Assembly (NCBI RefSeq): GCF_009914755.1
Contig: NC_060947.1
DNA length: 64,000 bases
Source of the DNA: the human T2T-CHM13v2.0 reference genome, Homo sapiens
Strand: one strand, 5' to 3'
The translations under genes were made by a program, and so were the position numbers. Positions 38,368-64,000 of this stretch are shown piece after piece. Numbering within the stretch: the first letter of the stretch is position 1; each line of letters begins with the position of its first letter. Below the pieces are notes generated by a model. That model did no database searches. It worked only from the letters and a program-made list of their open reading frames with translations, and was not told the origin of the DNA.

Positions 38368-39164
38368 TGAGCTCCCAACAAAGGAGATTGTTTTACACAC
38401 AGCTATGGCTTATCCCTTTGGTAAATTGATTTTATGGGTTCTATAGCTCAAATTAAATCAGCATCTCGATTCTCTAGGGCTCAAAAGATGCCTTGATTTG
38501 TGTCAGCTCAGGAAGGGGGCTTTTCCGGCACTGAATATGGTAGGCTTGGAGGTGCATGGCAGGTCTCTCGCCAATAGGTTTACAGAAGAGTCAGGAGGAA
38601 AGGGGAGCACTTGCTCCTTAGGCAAAGGCAGAGGGCCCATCTGATGGGAATTGGAGGGAAGGGAATATGTAGAAGGCTGAGTCAAGATACAAACAACCTG
38701 TACTGATGGAAAGCAAGAGCAAGAGCTTTCCAAGGCAAATGCAGAATAAGTAGCACCAGTCTGTATGAGAAAAGGCAAGGACAGGTCAGCCTGGCAAACA
38801 GTGACCGACATACACACACTTAACCCTAATCTCTTCCCGCCACTGCCATCTCCTCAATCTATCCATTTTGAGCCATTTGCAAAGTATCTCCTAGCTGAGA
38901 GTTTTATCCTCCTAGGCCCCCACCCCTGATTCTCTTGTTCCTGCCATCCTGCATGCCCCAGTCTCTTTGGACAATCCCTCTTCCAATGTCCTTGCTTCTT
39001 GCAATGATGACACGTGTCTTGCTTCCTTTCCTTTCTGGGTTGCCCAGAACAGGAGTTACTCCCTTTCAGTAAACAGACCTGAGCAGCTAACACAGAGTTT
39101 TTCAGTTTCTTCTTTTCTTCTTTGACTTTCTCTAGAGTCCCAAATACTGAATAGCTGCTCCTAA

Positions 39165-39745
<581 letters not shown>

Positions 39746-40140
39746 AGGACAGAGATTGTCCTCGGACATAAAATTCAAGGCTGGCAGTTTTTTTGTTGTT
39801 GTTGGCACATCAGATATACCATTGTCTTGTTTTCTGGCTTCTGTAGTTTGTGTTGAGAAGTTGGCTGTCAGTCAAACTGCATAACTATAAAAGTAATCAA
39901 CCCACCCACCAGCTGCTTTGAATGTTTTCTCTTTGTCTTTGCTTTCCCTCAGTTTTACTATGATGTGCCTAGGTGTGGTTTTTTGTTTGTTTTATCCCGC
40001 TCTTGGTTCACGTGACTTCTAGAAACTGACTTGATATATTTCACCAGTTTGGAAATATTTCATCCATTAACTCTTCAAATATTATCTGTGCCCCATTCTT
40101 TCTCACCTTGTTTTTCTGAACTCCAATTAAGCATATATTA

Positions 40141-40441
<301 letters not shown>

Positions 40442-42921
40442 TACACGCACACACACATATATGAGACCTTCTTTCTGTATCCCCTATGTTTCTTACCTCC
40501 TTTTGCATTGTCTTTTACCACCTTTTTACCTCTCCAAGCTTTAGTCTGGCTATTTTCTTCTGATTTATCTTTCTGTTTACTATTTCTCTCTTCAGCTCTT
40601 GTATATCCCACCCATTGAGCTCCTAACTTTAATTTGTATATTTTATATTTCTAAATTTTTCACTAGATTCTTTTTGTAGTTTCAAATTATCTGCTAAATT
40701 TCTCAATTCTGTCTTTTGTTTCCTTGAATTATTAAATATAATTATTTTAAAGTCTGTATCTGATAATGCCATTATTTGGAGTCCTTGTGGCTCTATTTTT
40801 ATTATATTACTTTTCTAATTTCATTTTTATTAAATTTTCTTTTCTCCTTATGACATGTTTTGTTTGTTTTTAAGACAGGGTCTCACACTGTCACCTAGGC
40901 TGGAGTGCAATCATAGCTCACTGTAACATTGAACTACTGGGCTCAAGCAATCCCCCTGCCTCAGCCTCCCAAGTGCTGGGATTACAGGCATGAGCCACCA
41001 TGCTGGGCCTTGTCCTCGTTATTTTTTATTGAGTGCTGGACATTGTGAATGGAAACTATAAATCATTTGAGGCCAAGGACAATGTTATCTTCCTCCAGAG
41101 AAAATTTACATTTGTTTCTGGCAGGCAGCTGGGGCACTAGAAATCCTGATCACCTTAATCCAATTTTCAGGGATTGAAAGAGCTCAAATCTTGACTACAG
41201 TCCCTTAGGGGACAGGGATGCAGTCCTTTAGAGGGCTATTCTATTTCCAGTTTACACTTATTCCTAGACCTTTGGGTTTCCAACCCAAAGCACGAGGAGC
41301 TTACTAGGGCCTTCTTCCTTGGTGAGCCCTGCACTCTGACTTTTGACCCCTCACCTCTTAAGTCTGCTAACTGTTCTGCTCAGCTTCTTGGGCCCTCAGC
41401 TGTCTCTGCTGGAATTAGCGGATGGCCATAGGGGATAAGCAGCCTTAAATGCTGAGCTCATCTCTCAGCTCATTTCCTTTCTCCCATATCTTGGTCCCAT
41501 ATGCTTCACTGCCTATTATCACTTGGATATTTTCAAGCAAATATTTTCCCTGTTTTACTGAGTCTGTTTAGTTGTTCTCAGTGGAGGTTGTGGTTCAAAT
41601 TACTTATTTTGTCATTGCCAGACACAGAAGTCATTCAGCACTAGGTTTTAGGCTCTATTTATATTGTTGAGTCTACATATAATCTTGCTTCCAAGTACTG
41701 CATAACACTCCCTAATGTTTTATCTGCTTCCTTAGTCACTACAAATAATGCTACCATGACCTTTGTCATGCAGGCCATTGCTCTGTCACCCAGGTTGGAG
41801 TGCAGTATCATGAACATGGCTCACTGCAGCCTCAACCTCCTGGACTCAATGGATGCTCCTGCCTAAGCCTCTCACGCAGCTGGGACCACAGGCATAAGCT
41901 ACCACACACGGCGAATTTTTGTATTTTTTGCAGAGATGAAGTCTCACCATGTTGCTGAGGCTGGTCTCAAACTCCTGGGTTCAAGTAATTCTCCCACCTC
42001 AGCCTCCCAAAGTGCCACGATTACAGGCGTGAGCCACCACGCCCAGCCAAGAATTTTTGTGATGTATCCCCAAGAGCAGAATTACAGAGAATTACCAAAA
42101 TTACCCAACCTAGTGTATACTTAATTGATGAGATACTGACATATTGTTCTCCAGAATGGTTGTGTTGGTCTGTATCTCCACCAGCAGTACATGAGCGCTC
42201 TCTAGCCACACATCCCTGCCAGCATTTGCTATTGCCTGCATTTCTAGGTGTGTGTGTATTTGTCAATCTAATGGGTATGAAGTGATACTGTTGTTTTGAT
42301 TTGCGTTCCTCTGATAATCAATGGGCTTGCACATCTTGGGTGTGGCATGTCTGCTGCTGGTGCTGCCAACACTTGGTGGGGCATGTAGAACTGGGCCTCT
42401 GACCTCCGAGGAAGGGGTGTCATCTGGCGGGTTCCGAGAAGGCCGAAATGAGCTGGAGCCTGAAACCACTGCTGCTGCTAAGGGCCAACTGAGACTGGCG
42501 CTACAGCAACAGGAATGGAAAACAAACAGGAAGGAGCAAGACCCTTCTCTCCTTCCCAGCCTTCCAGTCTCCCTCTAGTGTCCCAGTTGGTGGAAACTGA
42601 CAACCAGCCAGAAGACAAAGAAGGAATGTAGGTTCAGAGTCCCAGCGCCAGCCTCACAAAGCAGAGTATGGCACCTTCCCCGCCCCTGCCCCTTTGGCTT
42701 CGCAACATCAGTTCGAAGCCTTCTTGCATAATTTGAACTTCCCTCAGCAGTAATGACAACTTTATGTTTCTGCCTAACAAGATCCTTCATACAAATATGC
42801 TCCTACCCTCTTCTCAAGAGGGGAGACATAAAGTCCCAACAGTCTTTGTAATCATCTCCAAATTACAGTCACGGTATTGGTGATATTAATTTCTCCTTTA
42901 AATAAGTCATAGTACCACTTA

Positions 42922-43290
<369 letters not shown>

Positions 43291-44925
43291 TCAAAGTCTG
43301 TAAGTACCGTTTCGTGTCAGAGAGGAGGAGAGATGGCAGAGCCTTTAGGGAAGACTGTGAAGATGTACTGTTGGCCCTGCCAGGTTAAAAGAAATGTGGT
43401 CTTTGAAGTGCAAATACATAAGCTTTTCAAACCTGAGCAATAAAAGAAAGTGCTCTGGTGGTCTTTTCTCTGGTGTTACTATTTGACAGGGCAGTAGCAA
43501 GCTAGACGCAGGGGCTATGACGCTTTGCTTCAGTAAAGTGACTGCGTCTGAAACAGCAGCTGCAATCAATTCACCTGCGGTCATTCTTGAAGAGCCATCC
43601 ACCTTCTGCCAAGCACCAAATAGACAAATAGCATACAAGAGACATCACGACTGCAACCTTCAAGTTCAAGGCACTAATCTCTGCTATTTCCCTCAGAATC
43701 GTGACATTGGGTTCCTTTCTCTCCATTAGGCAAGGGTTGTTCTGGCATCTCACTATCATTGAATTTACGCCACAGTTGAGTTCCAGTTTAAATCAACCAA
43801 CCACATAGGCTGTTAGAGTCACTTTCAGCTGCATGGACCAACATTAAATATAGGCCCTCTGGTAAATGCCCCCAGCTCAAGAAATTGTGCCCAATCCAAT
43901 GTTATATCCATCCCTTTTGGTAGAACATCCTTAGAATTCACTTCCACACATATTCGCCCAGGTTTTTGCCAATATTTCTTAACGAAAATCATGTTATTGT
44001 TCTGGTGTATAGGTTTTCCTCTTGTGTTTTAGTGTGTACCTGTCCACCTGTGGTGGATTGCACCCTCATTATGGGACAGGGGGTGGTTGTGGTGGGTTCT
44101 GAGAGGAGAATGGGTATCCTCTTGCAAGGCACCAGAGGGCTACCAGGTCAGCCCTAAAAATTCTCTTACTCCTTGTACCTGCAGGGCTAACAGTGCTAAA
44201 TCAAACACAAACTTTAATTGCTTGGGTTACAGAATCGCAACGTCAGTTGATTCCCAGCCTCGCCACGTGTCTCACATGAAATGTCAGGCAGTGGTCGGGA
44301 GGAGTGAGACCCTGAAACTTACCATTGCTTTCAAGCTCAAGGACGCAAACAAACCAATCTCCAAACCCCATCTTTCAGGATATGATTCTTGACACCACTC
44401 CAGCTGCCAATTTTGCTATCAGCCAGGATCTGATCAGGAAGTAGAAAGGATGACAGCTCCTCCCTTGGTGCATGCAGTTGAGATTTCAAGTGATCTTCCT
44501 GCCTTGGCCTCCTGAGTAGCTGGGACTACAGGCATGTGCCACCACACCAGGCTACGTTTTGTATTTTTTGTAGACGAATGTCTCGAACTCCTGGGCTCAA
44601 GTGATCCTCCCAGCTCAGCCTCCCAAAGTGCAGGCACTGCAGGTGTGAGTCACAGCACCCAGCCTCCTCTGTTTGAAGAGTCCTAACTCCCTTCGTTCCC
44701 CAGCCTGAGGGGCTGTGTTAATTTCCTGGAGCTGCCATAGCAAAGTGCCACAAACCAAGTGGCTTCGACAGCAGAAATGGATTCTCTCACAGTTCTGCAG
44801 GGAAGAAGCCCGAGATCAAGGCTGTGAGAGAGCAGGAGGATCACTTGAGCCTGGGAGTTTGAGGTTGCAGTGAGCCATGACTGTCCCACTGCACTCCAGT
44901 CTGGGCAACAGAGGAGATTCTGTCG

Positions 44926-45337
44926 AAAGAAAGAGAGAGAGAGAGAGAGAGAAAAAGGAAGGTAGGAAAGAAGGAAGGAAGGAAGGGAGGGAGGGAGGGA
45001 GGGAGGGAGGGGAAAGAAATAAGAAAAGAAGAGAGAGAGAAAGAGAAAGGAAGGAAGGAGAGAGAGAAAGAAAGGAAGGAAGAAAAGATAAGAAAGAAAA
45101 AGGAAAGGAAAGAAAGAAGGAAGGAAGAAAAGAAAGAAAGAGAGAAAGAGAAAAGGAAGGAGAGAGAGAAAGGAAGAAGAAAAGAGAAAGAAAGAAGAAA
45201 AAAGAAAGAAGAAAGAAAACAGAAAGAAAGAAAAAGAAAGAAAGAGAAAGAAAGAAGAAAAGGAAGGAAGGGAAGAAAGGAAGGAAGGAAGGAACAAAGG
45301 AAGGGGAAGAAAGGGAGGGAAGGAAGGAAGGAAGGAA
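44926..45337 (+). repeat. ~410-bp almost pure purine (GAAA/GGAA/GAGA) low-complexity tract derived from an Alu tail
   Basis: Follows Alu 3' fragment 44832-44925. Confidence 0.95.
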
Positions 45338-45859
45338 GTTGGTTAGAGAGAGGCCCACAGAGCTGAAGCTGGGTCTCTGAGGTCTGAGGTGGGGGCGTGG
45401 CCTAGCTAGTTGTGGAGGAGTGAGCTCAGTAGAGGGACTTGTGGGGCTGGGATCCAGACCTCTAAGGAGCAGGGGTCTGGCTGATGCTGGGGTCTCTGAG
45501 CTCAGGGGATGGCCTAGTACTCAGATTTTGGAGCATAGGGCACTGGGTGTCCGGTGGTGGTGTCTCAGAGGTGGGATGCAATGAAGCTGGTCTTGCAAGT
45601 GTTGAGAGATCTGAAAATTGGCTTCAGGCGGTGCCACGGAAATGAAGCACTTGCTGCAAGGGTGAAGAAGCCTTGTTAGATGGTGCGCCCAGGAAGGAGC
45701 AGGTCCCTTCTTCCTCCTCCAGTCTTGTGGGCTCCCTTAAACGCCCCCAGCTAGCAGAGCCTAGGAGGGAGGCGCTGGTAAAGCAGGAGCATCACCAAGC
45801 AGAGGACAGCAAAGGGGGTGGCACGCCCACTCCACAAGCCAGCACTGCTCCTTCTAGGG

Positions 45860-46620
45860 CACGGATCTCAGAGAAAGGACTGCATATGCCCACTTTATCC
45901 ATGATGGCTACCATTGGAAACAACCCACACGTCCATCAACGGGGGAATGGGTAAGTGAGTCGCGGTGCATGCGTGCATACAATGGCTACTAGTCAGCATC
46001 ACAGAGGGAAGAAGGGACACAGACGTCAACCTGGATGAGTCTCATGGAAGTGATTCCAGAAAGAAGCCGGCACAAAGGGCTCCAGAGCGTGTGCTTCCAT
46101 TTCCATACCCGTCAGGAGCAGGCGAGACCATCTACAGCCATAGACGGCAGGACAGGGCTTAGATCTGCAGCCAGGGATTGGCTGCCTGGAGGCACAAAAG
46201 CATTCTCTGTGGTGATGCAAATGTTCTTTAGTTGGTCCAAGTTGTGGCTGCATGTGTGGATAGGCAGGTGAAAAAACCAGGCGTGCACTTGATTTTCTGC
46301 ACAGTAATCCTCAATAAGGACTTGTTTCACGGATTTTTAGGGCAGTGGAGTTACTCTGTATGATACTGTAAGGGTGGATCCATGTCATTATACCTTTGTC
46401 CAAACCCATAAATGGACAACACCAGAGTGAACCCCGATGTCAGCTATGGGCTTTAGTTCATGCGAGCTTCTCACTGTGGCTCACCAATTGTAACAAACGT
46501 ACTACACTGACTCGAAATGTTCATCATGGGGAGGCGTAAGGGGAGTGACGGGGTCTGTGGGAACTCCTTACTTTCCGCTCAATTTTTCTGCAAACCTAAA
46601 ATTGCTCTAAAAAGCAAAAT
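45860..46620 (+). mobile_element. Old L1 3' fragments (L1ME-like then L1MC-like)
   Basis: tggaaacaacccacacgtccatcaac...; ggatttttagggcagtgg..actctgtatgatactgta...acaccagagtgaacccc. Confidence 0.65.
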
Positions 46621-46789
46621 GCCTTAATTTTTTAAAAACCCAGGAAAGCAGCCCAGGGCCGATGTGGCAGCTCCAGGTGCTCAGGCCCTCGGGCTGCCTT
46701 TGTTGCTGTTCCGCCATCCTCAACGTGCGACTTCCCTTTGGTGCGACAAGGTAGCTCTCCCCATGATCACAGATCACATTTGCCTTTCA

Positions 46790-47389
<600 letters not shown>

Positions 47390-47898
47390 TCAAGGGGGAC
47401 AATGAGTGTAGAGGAGTCTTGAGGGGTTTTGCTGTAAACAGGAGCAGTGAAACGGGGCAAGAGCCAGGGGGCATGCGGAGGCAGGAGCGGGAGCTTCCGG
47501 TGATAGAAGCTCCAAGGGCATGTTGGTATGCTGCTGGGCCTGACCCCACAGGGAGAGAGAAAAATTACAGGTGCAGAAAACAGGAGGAGAGAGGGGGTCT
47601 CAGGGGTGGCAGAGACCACTGCACATGGTGGGAAGTGTTCACCTGAGGGGGCTAGGGCTGGGGAGGGGACAGATTTGATGATGGGAACTCAAGGAAAGAA
47701 ATTCTCGTCAGATGCTCTCAACTTGCTCAGTGAAACATGAAACAAAGTTCTCACCTTGAAAGTGCAGGGCCTGGGGGCTGAGGGGAAGGTGTGAGGCCTT
47801 GGAGAACCAGGGAGGAAACTCTAGAATTCCCAAGGAAGGCTGGCTCTGCCTGGGTCCACTTGAGGCTTGTGGTCATAAATCTAAGGTGCTTAGTCCTG

Positions 47899-48139
47899 GG
47901 CTGGGTGTGGTGGCTCACGCCTGTAATGCCAGCACTATCGGGAGGCCGAGGTGGGAGAATTGCTTGAGCCCAGGAGTTCGAAACCAGCCTGAGCAACATA
48001 GGGAGACTCCATCTCTACAACAATAATTTAAAGATTAGCCAGGCGTGGTGGCGTGCTCCAGTGGTCCTAGCTACTTGAGAGGCTGAAGCCAGAGGATTTC
48101 TTGAGCCCGGGAAGTGGAGGGCTCACCTGTGCTGGGTTT

Positions 48140-48226
<87 letters not shown>

Positions 48227-48401
48227 CTTTCTTTCCTTTTCTTTCTCTCCCTCCCTCCCTTCCTTTCTTTCTTTCTTGCTTGCTTTCTTGCTTTGTCTTT
48301 CTCTTTCTTTCTTCTTTCTTTCTTTCTCTTTCCCTCCCTCCCTCCCTCTCTCTCTCTGTCTCTCTCTCTCTTTCTTTCTTTCTCTCTTTCCCTCCCTCCC
48401 T

Positions 48402-48461
<60 letters not shown>

Positions 48462-48762
48462 TTCTTTCTTTGTCTCGCTCTGTCGCCCAGGCTGGAGTGC
48501 ACTGGTACAATCTCAGGTCGCTGCAACCTGATTTTTTTACCTGCCTATCCACACATGCAACCACGACTCGGACCAAACTAAAGAACATTTGCATCACCAC
48601 AGAGAATGCCTTTGTGCTTCCAGGCAACCAATCCCCAGCTACAGAGGTAAGCCCTGTCCTGCCATCTATGGCTGTAGATGGTCTCACCTGCTCCTGATCA
48701 CGCCACTGCACTTCAGCCTGGGAGACAGAGTGAGACCCTGTCTCAAAAAATAAATAAATAAG
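47899..48762 (+). mobile_element. AluJ split by a ~575-bp inverted composite insertion (~48122-48697)
   Basis: Alu stops at ..gggaagtggagg (48120) and resumes at gatcacgccactgcac (48696); taaggtgctt flanks on both sides. Confidence 0.85.
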
Positions 48763-49209
48763 GTGCTTTGTACTGGTTTAGAGGGCTGGGTACCCCAGAG
48801 AGAACGATGCCACCGGGGCACATCATGAGTCTTCCACTGAGCCATGGAGCTGTGTCCCTTGAGACAGGGGAAGAGGCTCCTGCCGCTGGCCACACTCTAC
48901 TCTCATGTTTGAGCAGTGAAGGGCCCGGCCATGGTGACAGCTAAGCTTGGTCTCAGGAGGCCAGCAGAGGCGAGGATCCTGAGCCCCAGCAACAATGTGA
49001 CAGCAACACCCAAGGCAGCCAACAGCCAGGCCTGGCAGGGTGGGTGGAAGGCCCGGGCTCTGGGAAGGGGCAGGGAAGCATCAGGACTGTGTGGCTGGGC
49101 CACACCCGGGCCCGCCTGGCAGGTCGCTCCTAGCACCTCCCACAGTGTGACGTGGACAGGGGAAGTAAGTGTTCCGCGAAATAACAAAAGGTGCTCTTGA
49201 TTTTCAGGT

Positions 49210-49215
49210 TTTATT
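49210..49215 (-). terminator. L1CAM: L1CAM distal poly(A) signal AATAAA with downstream U/GU-rich element; second AATAAA at 49368-49373
   Basis: tttatt on + strand; minus strand continues ...GCACCTTTTGTTATTT. Confidence 0.75.
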
Positions 49216-50343
49216 TGCCTGTTATAATTCTGATATTATGTACATATATATATATACTTTTGTTTTTTTGTAGAGGGCTTATCAGTAGACCAAGCACAGG
49301 CATACAGGGAGGCTGTGGCTGCTGAGCAGTGCTGGGAGAACCAATCTTTCCTTTTTTTTTGTCTGTTTTTATTTTTCCTGGGATGGGTTCATCAAAGCTA
49401 ATTGCTATCAATCCTAGAAACCACCTAGGGACTCAGACATCTGCCTACACACTAGTGGCGTAAAGGGAAGGACAGGGGTACAAACTTTCAAAGTCACGGT
49501 GTATTTACATTCCCAAGGTGGGGGCGGGAGGAGGCTGAGGAAGACAACTGTTCAGACGATAGGGAGGGCAGGGCTGCTAAGGGGTCCTGGGGGGTGGGGG
49601 CGGCTGGAAGAGGCCGGCCAGTGGGCAGTGGGAGGAGGTGTGCCCGCCCCGCAGCCAGGTAGTGACGGAGGCCACTTGGATGTTGTGTGGTGGGTACCGA
49701 AGGCAGCGTGTGTATGGAGCTCCTGAAAGCCGGCCATGGGGTGGGCTGGGCGGCGGGAAGAGGCGGTGCTGCCAGAGTGCGATGCTGGGAGTGGGGGGAC
49801 TCTGGGCTCTCCAGATGGCCTCCCCTGCCCCCGCGGCCAGTTTGCCCGGCTCCCATCCCGGTTGGAGCAGAGATGGCAAAGAAAAGACAGCAGATGGTGG
49901 GGACACCGAGTTCTGTTCCCAGTCCCAGCCAGGCTGGCTGGGGAGTGGCTGGGGGAGGGGGAAGGTGCCAACCCTGGTCCTGAGGAGACCCCACCATGTC
50001 TGCCCCCAGTCAGGGAGCAAGAAAGACAGCATTTCGGAGACCCTTTCGGGCCACCCCTACTTCTTCTCCCCCAAACCACAGCCTCTCTGCCCAAATGGGC
50101 TGGCAAAACAGCACCCAAAGGCCCCTGGCATGTGGGAGATCTGCCCAAGCTGGGGCAGAGCAGCGTGTGCCCAGGAAGGGGTGCAGCTGGGTTTTGGCAA
50201 TAAAGTGGGGACCGGGTGGTAGGAAGGGGATCCGAGGCAGCAAGTTCTCCTCTGCCCCAACTCCAGCCTCCCATGGGCCTGCTGGAGAGGGAGGGGCCTG
50301 GATCCCAAGGCCAGGGGCACAGCATCTCCTGTCCTGGACTCCA

Positions 50344-63559
<13,216 letters not shown>

Positions 63560-63569
63560 TCAGGCTCCG

Positions 63570-63800
63570 GCCGGAGGGGAAGGGGGCTGGTGGGCGGCTT
63601 GGGGCGGGAGTTGGGAGTGGGGGCACTGGGAGAGGGGAGAAGGGAAGGGAAGGGTGGGGGAAGAGAGACGAGAGAACGGAAGGACGTTAGTGACTAACAT
63701 CTGGGTAAGCCCGGGCTCTTGGCCCCGCCCTCAGCCCCGCCCCCAGCTGGCCGGCTTCTCCAGCCCTCCCCTCCCCATCCGCACCCCTCCCCACCTTGGA
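63570..63800 (-). promoter_or_regulatory. L1CAM: L1CAM proximal promoter/acceptor region with GC boxes
   Basis: ccccgccc x2 at ~63723-63745, local CpG enrichment, G-rich tract. Confidence 0.55.
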
Positions 63801-64000
63801 GGGAGAAATCTGGAAGAGATAGCCCTGGCTGGGCCTCTAGGTTGCCTTTTATTCCCTCTCTACTCTCTGTCTGCACCTTTCCTGCCAGCTGCCTTCCCAG
63901 CACCAACTTGTTGCCCCATCAGCTCCCCTGTGCATGGCATGCACATCCCCGTATGTGTCTGCATGTGCAGGTGTCCGTGGGCATGTGTGTGGTTGTGGAT

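Noticed and set aside
50199-50204. Plus-strand AATAAA within the L1CAM 3'UTR as a possible antisense transcript end
   Set aside because: A single hexamer with no supporting exon structure; expected by chance

Overview
This is primate (almost certainly human, Xq28) genomic DNA, not a prokaryotic locus. From left to right it holds: (1) about 18 kb of intron 1 and the first coding exon and CpG-island promoter of PDZD4 (minus strand); (2) a ~30 kb repeat-dense intergenic block with many Alus, old L1/L2/MIR/MER elements, a TSD-flanked cytochrome c (CYCS) retrocopy with an intact 105-aa ORF, a decayed ERV1-type provirus and a decayed ERVL-type provirus; (3) the complete coding region of L1CAM (minus strand; 28 coding exons traced GT-AG, summing to 3774 nt = 1257 aa + stop), including two neuronal microexons and a tandem REST/RE1 site. 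I found no convincing new protein-coding system; most ORF-track entries are GC-rich, Alu or microsatellite artefacts. The most unusual features are two template-switch-like composite duplications (33.2-33.6 kb, perfect copies and a palindrome; 46.1-48.8 kb, an inverted composite inserted inside an Alu just past the L1CAM poly(A) site) and the intact CYCS retrocopy. Repeat family names and gene identities come from recalled sequences, not database searches, and repeat boundaries are approximate.
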